The position numbers and the translations under genes are program-made. From Paraspadella gotoi (lineage: Eukaryota > Animalia > Chaetognatha): a DNA stretch of 64,000 nt. Shown in pieces: positions 1 to 11,938 of this stretch. Each line of letters starts with the position of its first letter. Position 1 is the first letter of the stretch. Where the stretch lies: positions 1,318,537 through 1,382,536 of the forward strand of contig CM119269.1 of NCBI GenBank assembly GCA_051294375.1, written 5' to 3'. Below the pieces are notes generated by a model that was not told where the DNA came from, did not search any database, and saw only the letters and a program-made list of their open reading frames with translations.

Positions 1-272
1 TGAACGTGAAAAGAGAGACTCACTGTGGAGGCGACACGAATCACGGTCTCGAGTGAAACCGAGGAAAAGTCTGAGAGTGAGGGGGGGAGTGTTGTGAAAC
101 GGGGGGGGAGGGGGGAAGGTAAAAAAGGGAAGTCATTTACTGGTGAGGTAGTGTCGTTGTCACTGGTGCCCACAGCTTCTCTCTCTCTCTTCTCTCTCTC
201 TCTCCTCTCTCTGCTCCGCAGTATTTCAACACTCGTCTTTGGATTTCAATTTTTTTTACGTATGTATCGGTA

Positions 273-364
<92 letters not shown>

Positions 365-419
365 GCGTGATTTCAACAACTCGTCTTTTGGATTTCAATT
401 TTTTTACGTATGTAGGGTA

Positions 420-476
<57 letters not shown>

Positions 477-599
477 CTCTCTTCACTTACACAGACACAC
501 TCACACAGACACACTCACTGGGCACTAAACTCAATTCCAAAAAAATCAACTCTTTCCTCTCGAAATCGGATCAAAGAGCGATCTTGGCTTTAGTCCCGC

Positions 600-670
600 A
601 TTTCAGCCAATGGGAAGCCTTCACTCATCTTGTCGTCCAATCAGAGCGAGGCTAGGGATCCGCCCCTCCA
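600..670 (+). promoter_or_regulatory. Putative SNX3 promoter (two CCAAT boxes and a GC box)
   Basis: gCCAATg at ~607, cCAATc at ~637 and CCGCCC at ~660, about 0.5 kb upstream of the SNX ATG. Motif match only. Confidence 0.35.
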
Positions 671-1186
671 AACACTTCAATTTTCAGATCAAGATCCAAA
701 TAAAGACTCTCAGGTCGAAATCGTTTAAAAAAAGATTGGCGAATTATTTTTTTATAAAATAGTAATATAAATATATTAAAATATATTAAACAAGCCTTTA
801 AACATAAAGAAATTCGAAGTCAGAACGAAGACAAGCGAAAAACAAAATAAAAAGAGGAAAAAGTTCGTTCGCAGCGAAAAGATTTACTACACGTCTTCGT
901 TGACTCGGTAATCTTTTTAAATCTTCTTTCTTTTTAAATCTTCTTTCTTTTTAAATCTTCTTTCTTTTTTAATTCTGGTTTTTTTTCTTAGTTTTTTCAA
1001 TTTCTAGTCGTTCGTATTTTCGTCTCAAACTATTTATTTTAAGAATAGGGATTAATTGACATATGCGTATATATATAATATTATATAATATATATATATG
1101 TAAATTGTCTAAATCTCTCCCTTTGCAACCTCATCGTCCTTCTATCTTCCAGCCCCTCATCTCCCCCCCCTCTGTCCCACGTTGTC

Positions 1187-2131
1187 ATGGCAACGGCTCG
1201 CATCGCGGCCCCGAAACAGACGCTGGACGACGCCTACGCGCCGCCGGCCAACTTCCTCGAGATCGACATCCGGAGTCCGGAGATTCACGGATTCGGGAAC
1301 AAACGATTCGTCGACTACGAAGTCAAGATGAAAACCAACTTGCCCGTCTTCAAGCTCAAGGAAGCCTCCGTACGGAGAAGGTGCGCCGGGATGCATTTGC
1401 TGAAGTCGTCGCTGTCGTCATTGCTATCGAACTACGTCGTCTTTGATTTGCTGTCATTATGGTAGTCTTTGCTTTCCTTCTGTGTCAGCATTGATTTGCT
1501 GTCTTTATGGTTGTCATTGCTATCCATCTGTGTCGTCTTTGGTTTGCTGTAGTTGTTGTTGTTATTTCTATTGACCTGCGTCGTATTTTGTTTGCTGTCG
1601 TTGCTGTTGTTGCTGCAGTTCCTTTTCCTTCTATATCTCTCGCTTTTGCTTTTAATTTCCATATCCTTTCCCTTCTTTTTTTTGAACTATCTCCTTTCCT
1701 TTCTTCTTCCCTTCCTCGTAGATACAGCGACTTCGAATTTTTGGCGGCCGAGTTGGAGAAAAACTCCAAGATCGTCGTCCCACCGTTGCCGGGGAAATCC
1801 TTCAAGAGACAGTTGCCCTTCAGAAGCGACGAAGGTAGTTCATTTAATGTATTAATTTTATCATTTAATACGATTGAATGATTTGATTAATTACATTGAT
1901 TCGATTAGATGATTGTGATTGGATGTTTGATCGACTCATTGACCAATCCTGATTTGAACGCCAGGTCTTTTCGAAGAGGAATTCATCGAGCGGCGTCGCG
2001 CTGGCCTCGAATCCTTCATCAACAAAGTCGCCGGTCACCCTTTGGCCCAGAACGAGAAATGCCTTCACATGTTCCTCCAGGAACCGGCCGTCGACAAGAA
2101 CTACGTCCCGGGGAAGATGCGCGCCAATTGA
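1187..2131 (+). CDS. SNX3: Sorting nexin 3/12 (PX-domain-only)
   Basis: Exons 1187-1380, 1722-1834 and 1965-2131 with GT-AG introns join in frame: MATARIAAPKQTLDDAYAPPANFLEID...VRRRYSDFEFL...VPPLPGK...RQLPFRSDEGLFEEEFIERRRAGLESFINKVAGHPLAQNEKCLHMFLQE, the characteristic SNX3/SNX12 sequence. Confidence 0.95.
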
Positions 2132-2279
2132 AGGAAAAATAGAGAAGGCGGCGGAATTAGCGCAACGACAAAGGACACTTCATATCAATGTTCATTTGTT
2201 TTTCGATGACGGTTATTTTTAGAAAAAAAAAGTCATTCCCTCGCTGTGATTTATTTTCTAATTGACTGTATTTTTTTGT

Positions 2280-2324
<45 letters not shown>

Positions 2325-2686
2325 GCCTGTGTAAAATGTCGGATTGTCGATCACGTTACAATACAAACACTCAACGTCCGTAAATCAAACCGACATCCAA
2401 CTGATTTTTTTTGAATCCAAGTTTATCCAGATTTTCCGAACCGGCTTTTTTTTCCCACCTAAATTCGAGACTCTTCTTTTGCCCCCATCTCCCTTTATCT
2501 ACTGTGTCACCCCCCCTCTCTCTCTCTATTTTCTGACGGAGAACTTATCCAGGGATTTGCGTAAACTCGACCTCGTGGCAAATAACAACAACAACAACGA
2601 CTAGTCTCATTAATTTTTCCAGATTCCTGGATCGTGTTTTCTCTCTCTCGTCGAAAGATTGACCCTGGACTGTAGAAGGGTTTAAG

Positions 2687-2815
<129 letters not shown>

Positions 2816-3469
2816 TCAGGTTGGGTCATCGCTGAGTTGAAGACTTGAAAGGATTGGTCAGAAATCAACGCCGATTTACGTGGAAAAAGGTTTACGTTTT
2901 GGTCTCTGACAGACTTAGGACAGGAGAACTTTAGAAGTATTGTAGATTTGGTAGAACAGGCTTTTAAACTACTATATCCCGATCAGGGGTAAGATAGCGA
3001 GTCAATTGTACTAATGGATAATTATTATCTTAATTGAATCAATTTGATGAAATTTAAAAGGAAAAAAAGAGCTTAATTTGAAAATGTCAATTTTTTATTG
3101 GCAAAACGATTCGTCCTTTATTAAGCATTTGCTCTTAGTTCCCCGATTTCATTTTCTTTGATAATTGCGCGAGACGTACGGACAGACAGACGGATGAGCG
3201 TCAATTAGCAATGCTCATAATTTATCGCAAACTGTCCATATTTTAGATTTTAACAACATAAAGAGGCTGTACGCGAAAATAAAATAAAGCATTGTGAGAC
3301 TGAGATTCTTGCGTAAAACAAAGCTCATTAATTTAATATCAAAAAAAACAAACAAACAAAAAAGTTTTATTTTTCCTTCTTTTTTTTTTCGTTTCCCGCG
3401 TTTTGAAATCGCGTCTGGATTTCCGTCTCGTCTTTCCAAAGCAGAAACTGGGAAGCGAAAAATCAGAAT

Positions 3470-3735
3470 TCTTCCCCCCTTCGCCACTTCCTACCCTACA
3501 TCCCCCTCGGCCACTTCCCCCTCCCCCCTTCGCCACTTCACCCCTACCTCCCCCTCGGCCACTTCCCCCTTCTCCCCTTCGCCACTTCCCCCTACCTCCC
3601 CTCGGCCACTTCCCCCCTTCCCCCTTCGCCACTTCCCCCTACCTCCCCCTCGCCACTTCCCCCCTTCGCCACTTCACCCCTCTCCAGCCCCCTACATCCC
3701 CCTCGGCCACTTCCCCCCTTCGCCCCTTCTCCCCT
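3470..3735. repeat. C-rich degenerate minisatellite (cccct(t)cg(g)ccactt-like units)
   Basis: Directly visible tandem units; the minus strand carries many G4-G6 runs. Confidence 0.85.
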
Positions 3736-4098
3736 CAAACTCAATTCTTAATAAAAGAAGAAAAGTAAAATGTAAAATGAAATTCATTTATGTTTAACGA
3801 CAAATTTAAAAAAGGACGCGCAAAAAAAATTAAGCGGCTTGAGAAAGACGACGCGAGATGAAACGATTTGAATGGGAACACTATGCCTATGGAAATAAAT
3901 TTATGTAATTTATGTAGTAGGTTTATTCAAATTATTTGTGTGGACAAGAAGATCTTTCTTTGATGACTCCCAGTTTGGGGAAAAAAAACTCGAGTACTAT
4001 CGGAGCGTCTTTGACGAGTGGCCCAAGTTGAGGGTGATGTATCGCAGAAATTGTTTACGTTAACCAGAGAACATGTAGTAAATAAACCTGAGTGAAGA

Positions 4099-4202
<104 letters not shown>

Positions 4203-4402
4203 CCCCAGAACCATGACGATTAGATTTATTGCACTTTTGGAAACAAAAATTTTGACACTGCGTTCGGTATTCCCTTTTTAAATTTATTGTGAAAATACAA
4301 GGATAAAAGGAAGTGAATTAGTCACGCTTGACAAAAGTGGACCGACCGACCGACCGACTCCGCCAATCGGTCCGCTTTGTGTCCTCATCTCTCACGAGTC
4401 TC

Positions 4403-4433
<31 letters not shown>

Positions 4434-4434
4434 T

Positions 4435-4487
<53 letters not shown>

Positions 4488-4650
4488 TCAAACGCGACCG
4501 ACAAAAATCTTTTTTTTTCTCTCTCCGATCAAATCCGGCGTCCGGTCGACTTCCATTTCCGCCGGGACTTTGAATTTGCATTTCCGGCGAAAGATCGACT
4601 TTTGGCCGGAATTGGATTTGCATCTTGGATCTAGTGGATCGATTCGGTGG

Positions 4651-4840
4651 TCAGATGGTCGATCGACGTTGCTACCCGGATGTCAGATGGTCGATCGACG
4701 TTGCTACCCGGATGTCAGATGGTCGATCGACGTTGCTACCCGGATGTCGACGACGATGACGAGATTGGCAACGATGGAAACGACGACGACAATTGCAACG
4801 ATGAAATGCAACGAAGACATTTATTTACTAAATTCAAACA
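4651..4840. repeat. Dispersed repeat containing a 32-bp tandem unit (tcagatggtcgatcgacgttgctacccggatg x3)
   Basis: Three tandem units here. Two related units and the same downstream sequence (aacgatggaaacg...aagacatttattta.taaattcaaa) recur at ~9205-9370. Confidence 0.8.
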
Positions 4841-6240
4841 AGAAAATAAGAGAAAACTGACAAAAGTTCTTAAAAATAACTCTCGACTCATGTTGGAATT
4901 TGTAAATACCAAATACCAAATAAAAATTGAGTATAAAGTTAAAGAGAATGATAGAGACACGCCGCACATTGCCTGATTTTCTAAGACGACCTCCAGGTTA
5001 ACGCCCCCCTATCTCGTGAGCGTGAAAACGAGAGAGAGAGAGAGAGAATATTTCTACGGGTGCGACTTATATGTACAGAAATAACAGGGCTTTCAAATTT
5101 AATAGTTCGACACGCTTTTATGAGGAAGTAACAGTTCCTTATTTATTTATATAAACAAATCCGTTTTAAATATTTTTAAACGGTAAATAACGAAAGTTTA
5201 AAGCAAAATCGGTAAGCACACTTTAAAAAAAAACAATTTTTCGGTCTGGTTGTTATAATAATTCCAGGTAAGAAGTTAAAACACGGTAAAGGGAAATTTA
5301 GAATTGGAGAGTAAAGTAATTACTCTTGTTACTATGTTGGTTGTACAGTTATGAACAAAATCTTTGATTAAAAAGATGGTAAAGATATTTGAACAAAAAG
5401 AGTTGCAGCCTAAACGACTGGACGAATTTCGATTTTAAAACCATTTATGAAAATGTAATAAAGAGACATTTTGATAAATTGTTCCAGTTAAGAGGAATTT
5501 AGCGTTTAAGTTTAAAAAGGTTTCGTTTTTAAGAATACAAGTTGAAATTTAAAAATGTCTCTCTATTACATTTTTCTAAATCACCAATAAAATATTCATA
5601 AAAATATCAGATGGATTTGCTTGTTCGTTTGACCTGCAACTCTTCCGATAGGTTTCTTTTATTTTATATTGTAATTTAAACCAACATAAAATGGCGTAGA
5701 AAGCATCAAATGTTTCTGATTCGGTCAGCTTTTTGAATGGCCTTTGGTCTTAATGATCTTAGAAACGTAACAAAATTCAAAAAAAAGTTTAAAAGAAAGG
5801 TTTTTAAGCAAAAGTATTAAAACCGGAAAGTCAACTAATGTAATTTTAAATGTTATTTTAGGAAATCCCTAATTTTTAGTTTAGTGAAGAAATCAATGAG
5901 AAGACGCGTGACTCGGCATAAACAATTTCTGCTTAACATTTCTAAGACAAATGTAGCATCGCGAGGTAAAAATAGATTTGAATGGGCGAAGCCGCGTGAG
6001 TGTGCATGTGATTTTCGGTTTTGGGTTCTCAAGGAAATGCCGGCTTCACGATTTCGCCATCCCGATAAAATCGTGAAGTAAGCATTGAGCAATCTTTAGG
6101 AAAGGCGCGGGCTTGTCAACCTCCGTTTATTATCTTCTGTTTTCAATCATTTTTCCAGAAAAAAAAAATCAAATAAACATTGAAAACGTTTTATCTTTCA
6201 TTTAAATACACGGAAGACATAGTCAGAAACAGATTGTTTT

Positions 6241-6506
6241 GGCAACAGTCGGGTTGCCTGTGATACCCATTGAGATGGGGATCTCACTGTTGGGGATCTC
6301 ACAGTGTTGGCTTTGGGGGCTTCCGACCCTCAGTGACGCCTCCTGTCACTGGCGCGGTGCCAACGCAGAGCGAGGTCATTAGGACTGTGGAATGGAAGTG
6401 TGGATGGAAGGTAACGCTTATGATGGTGCGTTCTCCCTCTGAAGCAATGGGATTGGCTGAACGATGGCGGATGTGAGGCGGTGTGAATATACCGCCACAT
6501 TGTGGC
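6241..6506 (-). ncRNA. GC-rich structured element with twister-like P3/P4 core (uncertain)
   Basis: Minus strand reads GC-[CAGUGAC aggaggc GUCACUG]-AGGG UCGGAAGC CCCC, enclosed by GUUGGC/GCCAAC. Terminal hairpins at 6241-6258 and 6477-6496. Confidence 0.35.
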
Positions 6507-6838
6507 ATTATGCTATAATAATGATAAATAAATAATATAAGGCAATCGTGTTGAAAAAGAAGGGAAATTTTTATACTTTTTTAAGTTTTCTCCGCGATAA
6601 GAGGTCCAATTAAAACGATACTTAGGATTTACAATATTGACGTCATTCCACAATCCACAATGCACATCTTCCGATATGAGAATATAAGAAAACTACCATT
6701 GGCTTCTTCTTTTATAGTCATCTTCTAGACTTTAATTTTTTTTTTTTTTACAGGATCAAGAATATGAGTTCAAAATATTCTTAATGCTGTAATCTGCTTT
6801 TAGTTTTACCGTGAATAAAACTCTACAAGAGCGATAAA

Positions 6839-8415
6839 ATGAGTTTATCAGGTGATATATTTGGATCTGATTGGAAAGAGTCCTTTAAGATTTGCACCTA
6901 CTCAAAAAAAGGACAACCAACCACAACCACTGATGTTAAAGACAAGGAAGACGTTGAGGAATATCTTGAGAAATACCTTGATATGGAAATTTTAAGCGTC
7001 ACCATTTATGCGTCTGAAGTGCCTTACGACTTGGATCAGCTGGACAAAATAGAAGGACCTGTGGGAACTATTGGCAAATCAATGGCCTTTTCATATACCG
7101 GACAGACAAAAATCGGAGATGCATTCAAATGCGGATCAAAGTTCAAGTCGTAAATATTAGAATTACTTTCGCGGATGTACCTTGTACCATACATCATACA
7201 ATTTTTTAAAATCTTATTTAGCTCTCAACGCAAAAGTGAACCTGACAAAGCTCACGTGAGGCCAACGTATGCTTATGATTTTCGAGAATATTACAAACTA
7301 CAGGAAGAGGCTAATATCGCGTCTATTATACATCATGATTTCGTCCTAATGGAAGTGAAAGGAGAAAAACGCTACTTTCTCACTATAGAAAAAATGAGCG
7401 ACGCTATAATCATCCAAGCGGCCGAGTCTGAGGACATGGTCCGCCATTGCATCCTCAGTTCGACTCCGAATCGAAACCTTTTTCAGAACCCTTTGGAGAG
7501 TGACGTCTGCAAGAACGGCATCAAGTAAGTTTTAAACAATGAGGAATTCTATCATTTTTTATATCAGTCCCGTTGTTCCATCATTCTTTCCTTTTTTTTT
7601 TCCTTCTCACAGAGTTCAAGATGTAGTCAACAGGATGTACCTCCAAAACGAACTTAAGAAGGGTTACTCCGTTATTCCTGGAGGCGATCATTGTCAGCAT
7701 TTTTGCCAGCGTATGCATTGGGCGGGAGAGATGAAAATATTTTTTGATCCAACAATATTTTTAAGCTCTTCGATGTGTAAATAATAATATTAAATCCTTT
7801 AAAATATCTTAAGCATCACTGATACTGAGTATACTCAGTATCAGTGATTCTTTTGCTTAAAGGAATATCCCAATATGTTTCAATTTTAAAGAAAAACTTT
7901 AAAAAAATTATTTTTATACGAAAGGAATATGAATCTTTAAATTTTGTTTTAAATACACTAATTTTAAAATTATTTATTGAGTAATTTTTTAAAATTATGG
8001 AAATAACATTTTTTGTAATTAACAATTAAACTATCATACATACTTGTTACGGGTCTTTTCATTTTTTCTGTTTTGACGATGAATTTTAAATAACTTTAAA
8101 AAATGGAAAAAAGAAAATGTAATTTTTTATTTAAACTTATTATTGTACGTACAAACCACAACATTTAAAAAAAAATCATTAGTAATCATGATTGACTTTA
8201 ATATGCAGCTTTAACTACTTTCTACTATTCACATAGGGTATTATTTTTTTAAAGGTGTCTTTGAGTTCTTGGCAAAAGAGAAGAAATATCCATCAATACA
8301 TAAGACCAAAGAACAGATTTTTTTAAGTCTGAAAGAAGAAGCGGATCGAAAGCACGCCGAAGAACAAGCTATGAGCGAAAAGGAAAGCGGCCAAGCGAAA
8401 GCTCAGCCTCAATAG
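6839..8415 (+). CDS. Uncharacterised putative permuted papain-like (PPPDE/LRAT-type His...Cys) protein, paralog 1
   Basis: Exons 6839-7149, 7222-7524, 7613-7710 and 8255-8415 join in frame with GT-AG introns. Motifs IHHDFVLME..YFLTIEK....IIIQ and GYSVIPGGDHCQHFCQRVFEFL. Close paralogs at 30056 and 32006 support the gene model. The fold is inferred from motif order. Confidence 0.75.
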
Positions 8416-9399
8416 AATCATTATTCATCCAATCTTATATTTTTCAAAAATAAGAAAAAAACAAATTGATGAGTTATTTTTTTTTAAAAAAGCGCCACTT
8501 TTTTATTACTGACTTATTTAACATAATTCTTATCCCCAATGTAAAGCTTAACCCTCAATTATGGGCAAAATTGATTTAGGAATATTGATTATAATTTCCT
8601 AAGGTAGTAATAATTTTATACCTTTACCTTTGACTTGGCCTCAAAAAGCAATTTTTTTATGCTTCCGAATCTTTTTTTATAAATTGTCAAGAAAGTAAGA
8701 CAAAATCTTTTTATTCAAAAACATTAGGCAATTGTGCAGGGATTTCATTTTCTAAGCTATCTTTTATCTCTCTCTGTTAAAGTAGAAGTAAATCAAAAGA
8801 AATGATAACTATACAAAAAAAATGTATATATATGTCTTTTCAAAATATCAAAATATCTTCACGTTTTCGTTTGGTGAATTTTTTTCTAGCGGCAGGTCTA
8901 AAATGTTGACCATGTACGTACATATAAATAAAGAAACATAATTATTAGAACATAAAGTTTCCTCATTTGTTATTGATGTTGTTTTACAGGAAATGATTGT
9001 TTAGAGACTAATACACAAGCTAGTAGTATTTGTAGACTTCTCTGCTGGCCGCGGATGATTCTTTTTTAAGACGAACTACCAAAATACTATGATAGATTCT
9101 AAGTTGGTCTCAAAAAGTTTGTAAATCTTGACGGATGTGAAACTGATGGTCCTAGTACTAGATAGGAAGGGTAAGGGAGGTGGTCGGATATAAAACTGAT
9201 GGTCTGTGAGATGGTCGATCGCTTTTGCTACCCGGATGTCAGATGGTCGATCGACGTTACTACCCGGATGTCAACGATTGCGAATGCGACGATGATGGGG
9301 TTGACAACGATGGAAACGTTGACTACAGATGAACTGGAACGAAATTAAAGACATTTATTTATTAAATTCAAAAAGAGTTGTTTTAGTGAAAACAAAGTT

Positions 9400-9513
9400 T
9401 AGAGTTTGTATTACAACGATTTTTTTATTTAATTTAATCAGACATGTTTCAACTCTTGTTCGAGCCTTCATCAGTGTTTGACAGACTATCAAAAACTTTT
9501 GCAAAAGTAAATG

Positions 9514-9557
<44 letters not shown>

Positions 9558-9890
9558 TTAAAGTTTCCAACAAAGTGGTGAGACAGAATAGTGGTCAGAG
9601 GTGAGGACAGGTGAAGGCAAGAACAGATTGAGTGAGTTTTGAAAAAGAAAATGAAATGGTCAAACAGAGAGAGAGAGAGAGAGAGAGAGAAAGATAATAT
9701 GATACATTTGTGCAATGTACAACAAAGATATAAGTTTCTTAAAGTGGAAATAACAATTAGCTAAATAATAAATTAAATTAAATATAGAATTTGAAATGTG
9801 AAATAAGAAAAATTACATTTGTTAGGGATAGTTAAGTTAAAGAGAAGAAAAGATGAAATATAAGAGATAAGATAGAGCTCAAAATAATTT
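9400..9890 (-). mobile_element. Penelope-like element pLTR/3' fragment
   Basis: Reverse-complement similarity to ~36810-37300 (ttttgagctctatctt..., ggaaactt, (TC)n, hammerhead, aataaaaaaatcgttg tail). Confidence 0.7.
9436..9480 (-). ncRNA. Minimal type I hammerhead ribozyme (Penelope-associated)
   Basis: Minus strand ca-CUGAUGA-a-GGCUC gaacaa GAGUU-GAAAC-AU-GUC-ug: conserved core, stem II and palindromic ACAUGU stem III. Confidence 0.75.
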
Positions 9891-10401
9891 TTTCGCGACA
9901 CATCCTGGTGGACGACAACAACAACAACAAAAACTACAACGCCAACAACAGCGCATGGAACCCACGAAGGATCAAAGATTTAGACTTCCCTTTTCCGATT
10001 CGTAGGGTAACGGATCCGTTGGTTTTTTGGAGCCAAGGGTGGGTTAGGGTTGAATTGGTGTCATGACGAAGTCATGGTTCGGCGCCGAATCCAATTCCCT
10101 CCCTCTCTCTCTCTCTCGAAGCGAACGGACGTATGTTCCGAATTTTTTGGAAAATTTTACAAAATCTTTTCGCCTAAAACCTATGTTGATACACATTCAA
10201 GTCCTAAACATATACTGATTTAAAAATACATGGGGGCTGATGCCCATCTGAACTGCCTTTAGACGGTTTCCATACAAGTCATTTAATTACACAAAATTAA
10301 ACATTTATTTCAAATTTAATCTCAGTCTTGAATTAGTGGTCAGTCTCAGCTGACCGAGCGATTTCCAACCTTAACTGGCCAAGATTTTCGACAATATTGA
10401 A

Positions 10402-11931
10402 ATGGCCGCTAAAGGTAAAGAAACAAGTCAGTCTTCTCGTCGAAAAAATGGGAAAACTACAAACGAAGAAACTCAAGAATCTGAAATTTCAGAAATCTCA
10501 GCTCCAGAAGAAAAACTAATTAACGAATTTAAGAACTTGCGTGGCAATCGAAAAGAAACCTTTGTAAAGATGCTGCTCAATTCTAACTATGACATGGTCG
10601 TTGGACAGATTGGCGCCAGACCCAAACAACTGCCAAATTCAGAAGAGCCAAATCCATCACAGGCCACACCATTAAGAATGCCCAAGAACAGCTCCAATCT
10701 GAGAAGGACTGTCGCCATTTCCACTGATCTTCCACCGGAAATAAAAATGTCTCGACCCAAATTGCTTTCTGCAATCGATGAAGCCTTTAAAGAACCTGAT
10801 TGTATAGAGGAGGTAAAAACAACAAAAACCGGTGATATTATCATCATAGCAGCAAATGACAGAAGCTATAACAGTTTACTAAAACCTGAGAACTGGATTC
10901 ATGATTCGTTTACTTTCACACCAAGAATAAACACGCCTAATACAGTTTCTCATTTTGTTTTGATCAAGGGTATTGACCCTGAGTACAGTGAAGAGGACAT
11001 AAAGTCTGCCATTGCGAGTAAGGGCTTTACGCCAAGCGTGATCAAGCGTCTCTTAACTGGACGAACAGGAGAACCTTCGTGGAACGTAAAAGTCACACTT
11101 CACTCACTTCAAGAAAAAGAAAAACTTTTGGAAAAGGGCATCAACATTTTTAAAAAGGTCCATCCTGTGTGTGACTACATCACGGATCGTGTTCTTCAGT
11201 GCTTCCAGTGTCAGTCATTTGGCCATGGCTCTCGCTCATGTACTGCTAAAAACCCTGTTTGCCTTCGTTGCGCTGGTAATCATTCTCATAAAAACTGTGA
11301 TAAACCTTTTGAGGATGCAAAATGTGCTAACTGTGGTGGAAAACACCCTGCTAAACTCGAAGGCCGCCTACTTATCAACAGGCTTACCATATGGAAAAAT
11401 ACATCAGAAAACCGAATCCAAGAAGGAGTCACCTACTCAAGTGTTGCTAGAAATTCTTTGCAGTTTTCTATACAACCCTACGATAAGGGTGCTCTTACTC
11501 ACATAATTTATGGCATCTCCCNNNNNNNNNNTGATCTTGGAATAATAAGCGTCAGTAACTCTGACTTGGTTTCTGCCGTGTCAAAATCAGTTGACACAGT
11601 GGTCAAAGGGCTACCTAACAGAAACACAACAGCCTCTGCCAACTCGTCTGTGCCACAAAGAGATCGGGAACATATCCAAATAGGGAGTTCTTCTTCACAA
11701 ACAAATGCAAAAGGCTCTTCAGAATCCCAAAGTCAGCAAATCGAATCTCAAACAAATGTCCCTCTCTCTACTCAGGAAATTGTCAGTAATTGGGAAGATG
11801 ATTGGAATGCATCCGAATCTCAAAGTCAAGATCAAGAACAAACCAATGAACGAAGAGGCATGTTAGAATCAAACGGTCAGCCACGTCTCAATCTTATGCC
11901 TAAGAAAAAACAAGGAAAAAATACAAAATAA
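10402..11931 (+). CDS. LINE ORF1 gag-like nucleic-acid-binding protein
   Basis: 509-aa ORF (contains an N gap) with CFQCQSFGHGSRSC, CLRCAGNHSHKNC and CANCGGKH zinc knuckles, preceded by a pre-C2HC-like IKGID segment. Confidence 0.85.
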   Translation: MAAKGKETSQSSRRKNGKTTNEETQESEISEISAPEEKLINEFKNLRGNRKETFVKMLLNSNYDMVVGQIGARPKQLPNSEEPNPSQATPLRMPKNSSNLRRTVAISTDLPPEIKMSRPKLLSAIDEAFKEPDCIEEVKTTKTGDIIIIAANDRSYNSLLKPENWIHDSFTFTPRINTPNTVSHFVLIKGIDPEYSEEDIKSAIASKGFTPSVIKRLLTGRTGEPSWNVKVTLHSLQEKEKLLEKGINIFKKVHPVCDYITDRVLQCFQCQSFGHGSRSCTAKNPVCLRCAGNHSHKNCDKPFEDAKCANCGGKHPAKLEGRLLINRLTIWKNTSENRIQEGVTYSSVARNSLQFSIQPYDKGALTHIIYGISXXXXDLGIISVSNSDLVSAVSKSVDTVVKGLPNRNTTASANSSVPQRDREHIQIGSSSSQTNAKGSSESQSQQIESQTNVPLSTQEIVSNWEDDWNASESQSQDQEQTNERRGMLESNGQPRLNLMPKKKQGKNTK

Positions 11932-11938
11932 TTCCAAA

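Noticed and set aside
25-528. SLSLSL/ERERER ORFs here and at 2545, 3927, 15123-15714, 39717, 45187-46143 and 59884-62873
   Set aside because: Translations of (AG)n/(GAAA)n microsatellites.
5700-5735. Minus-strand CTGACCGA…GAAAC resembling a hammerhead core
   Set aside because: No stem II or cleavage triplet, and the core spacing is wrong.
6325-6360. Plus-strand HDV-like ribozyme (GCCTCCT loop)
   Set aside because: I could not build the nested P1/P2/P1.1 double pseudoknot; the minus-strand twister-like reading fits better.
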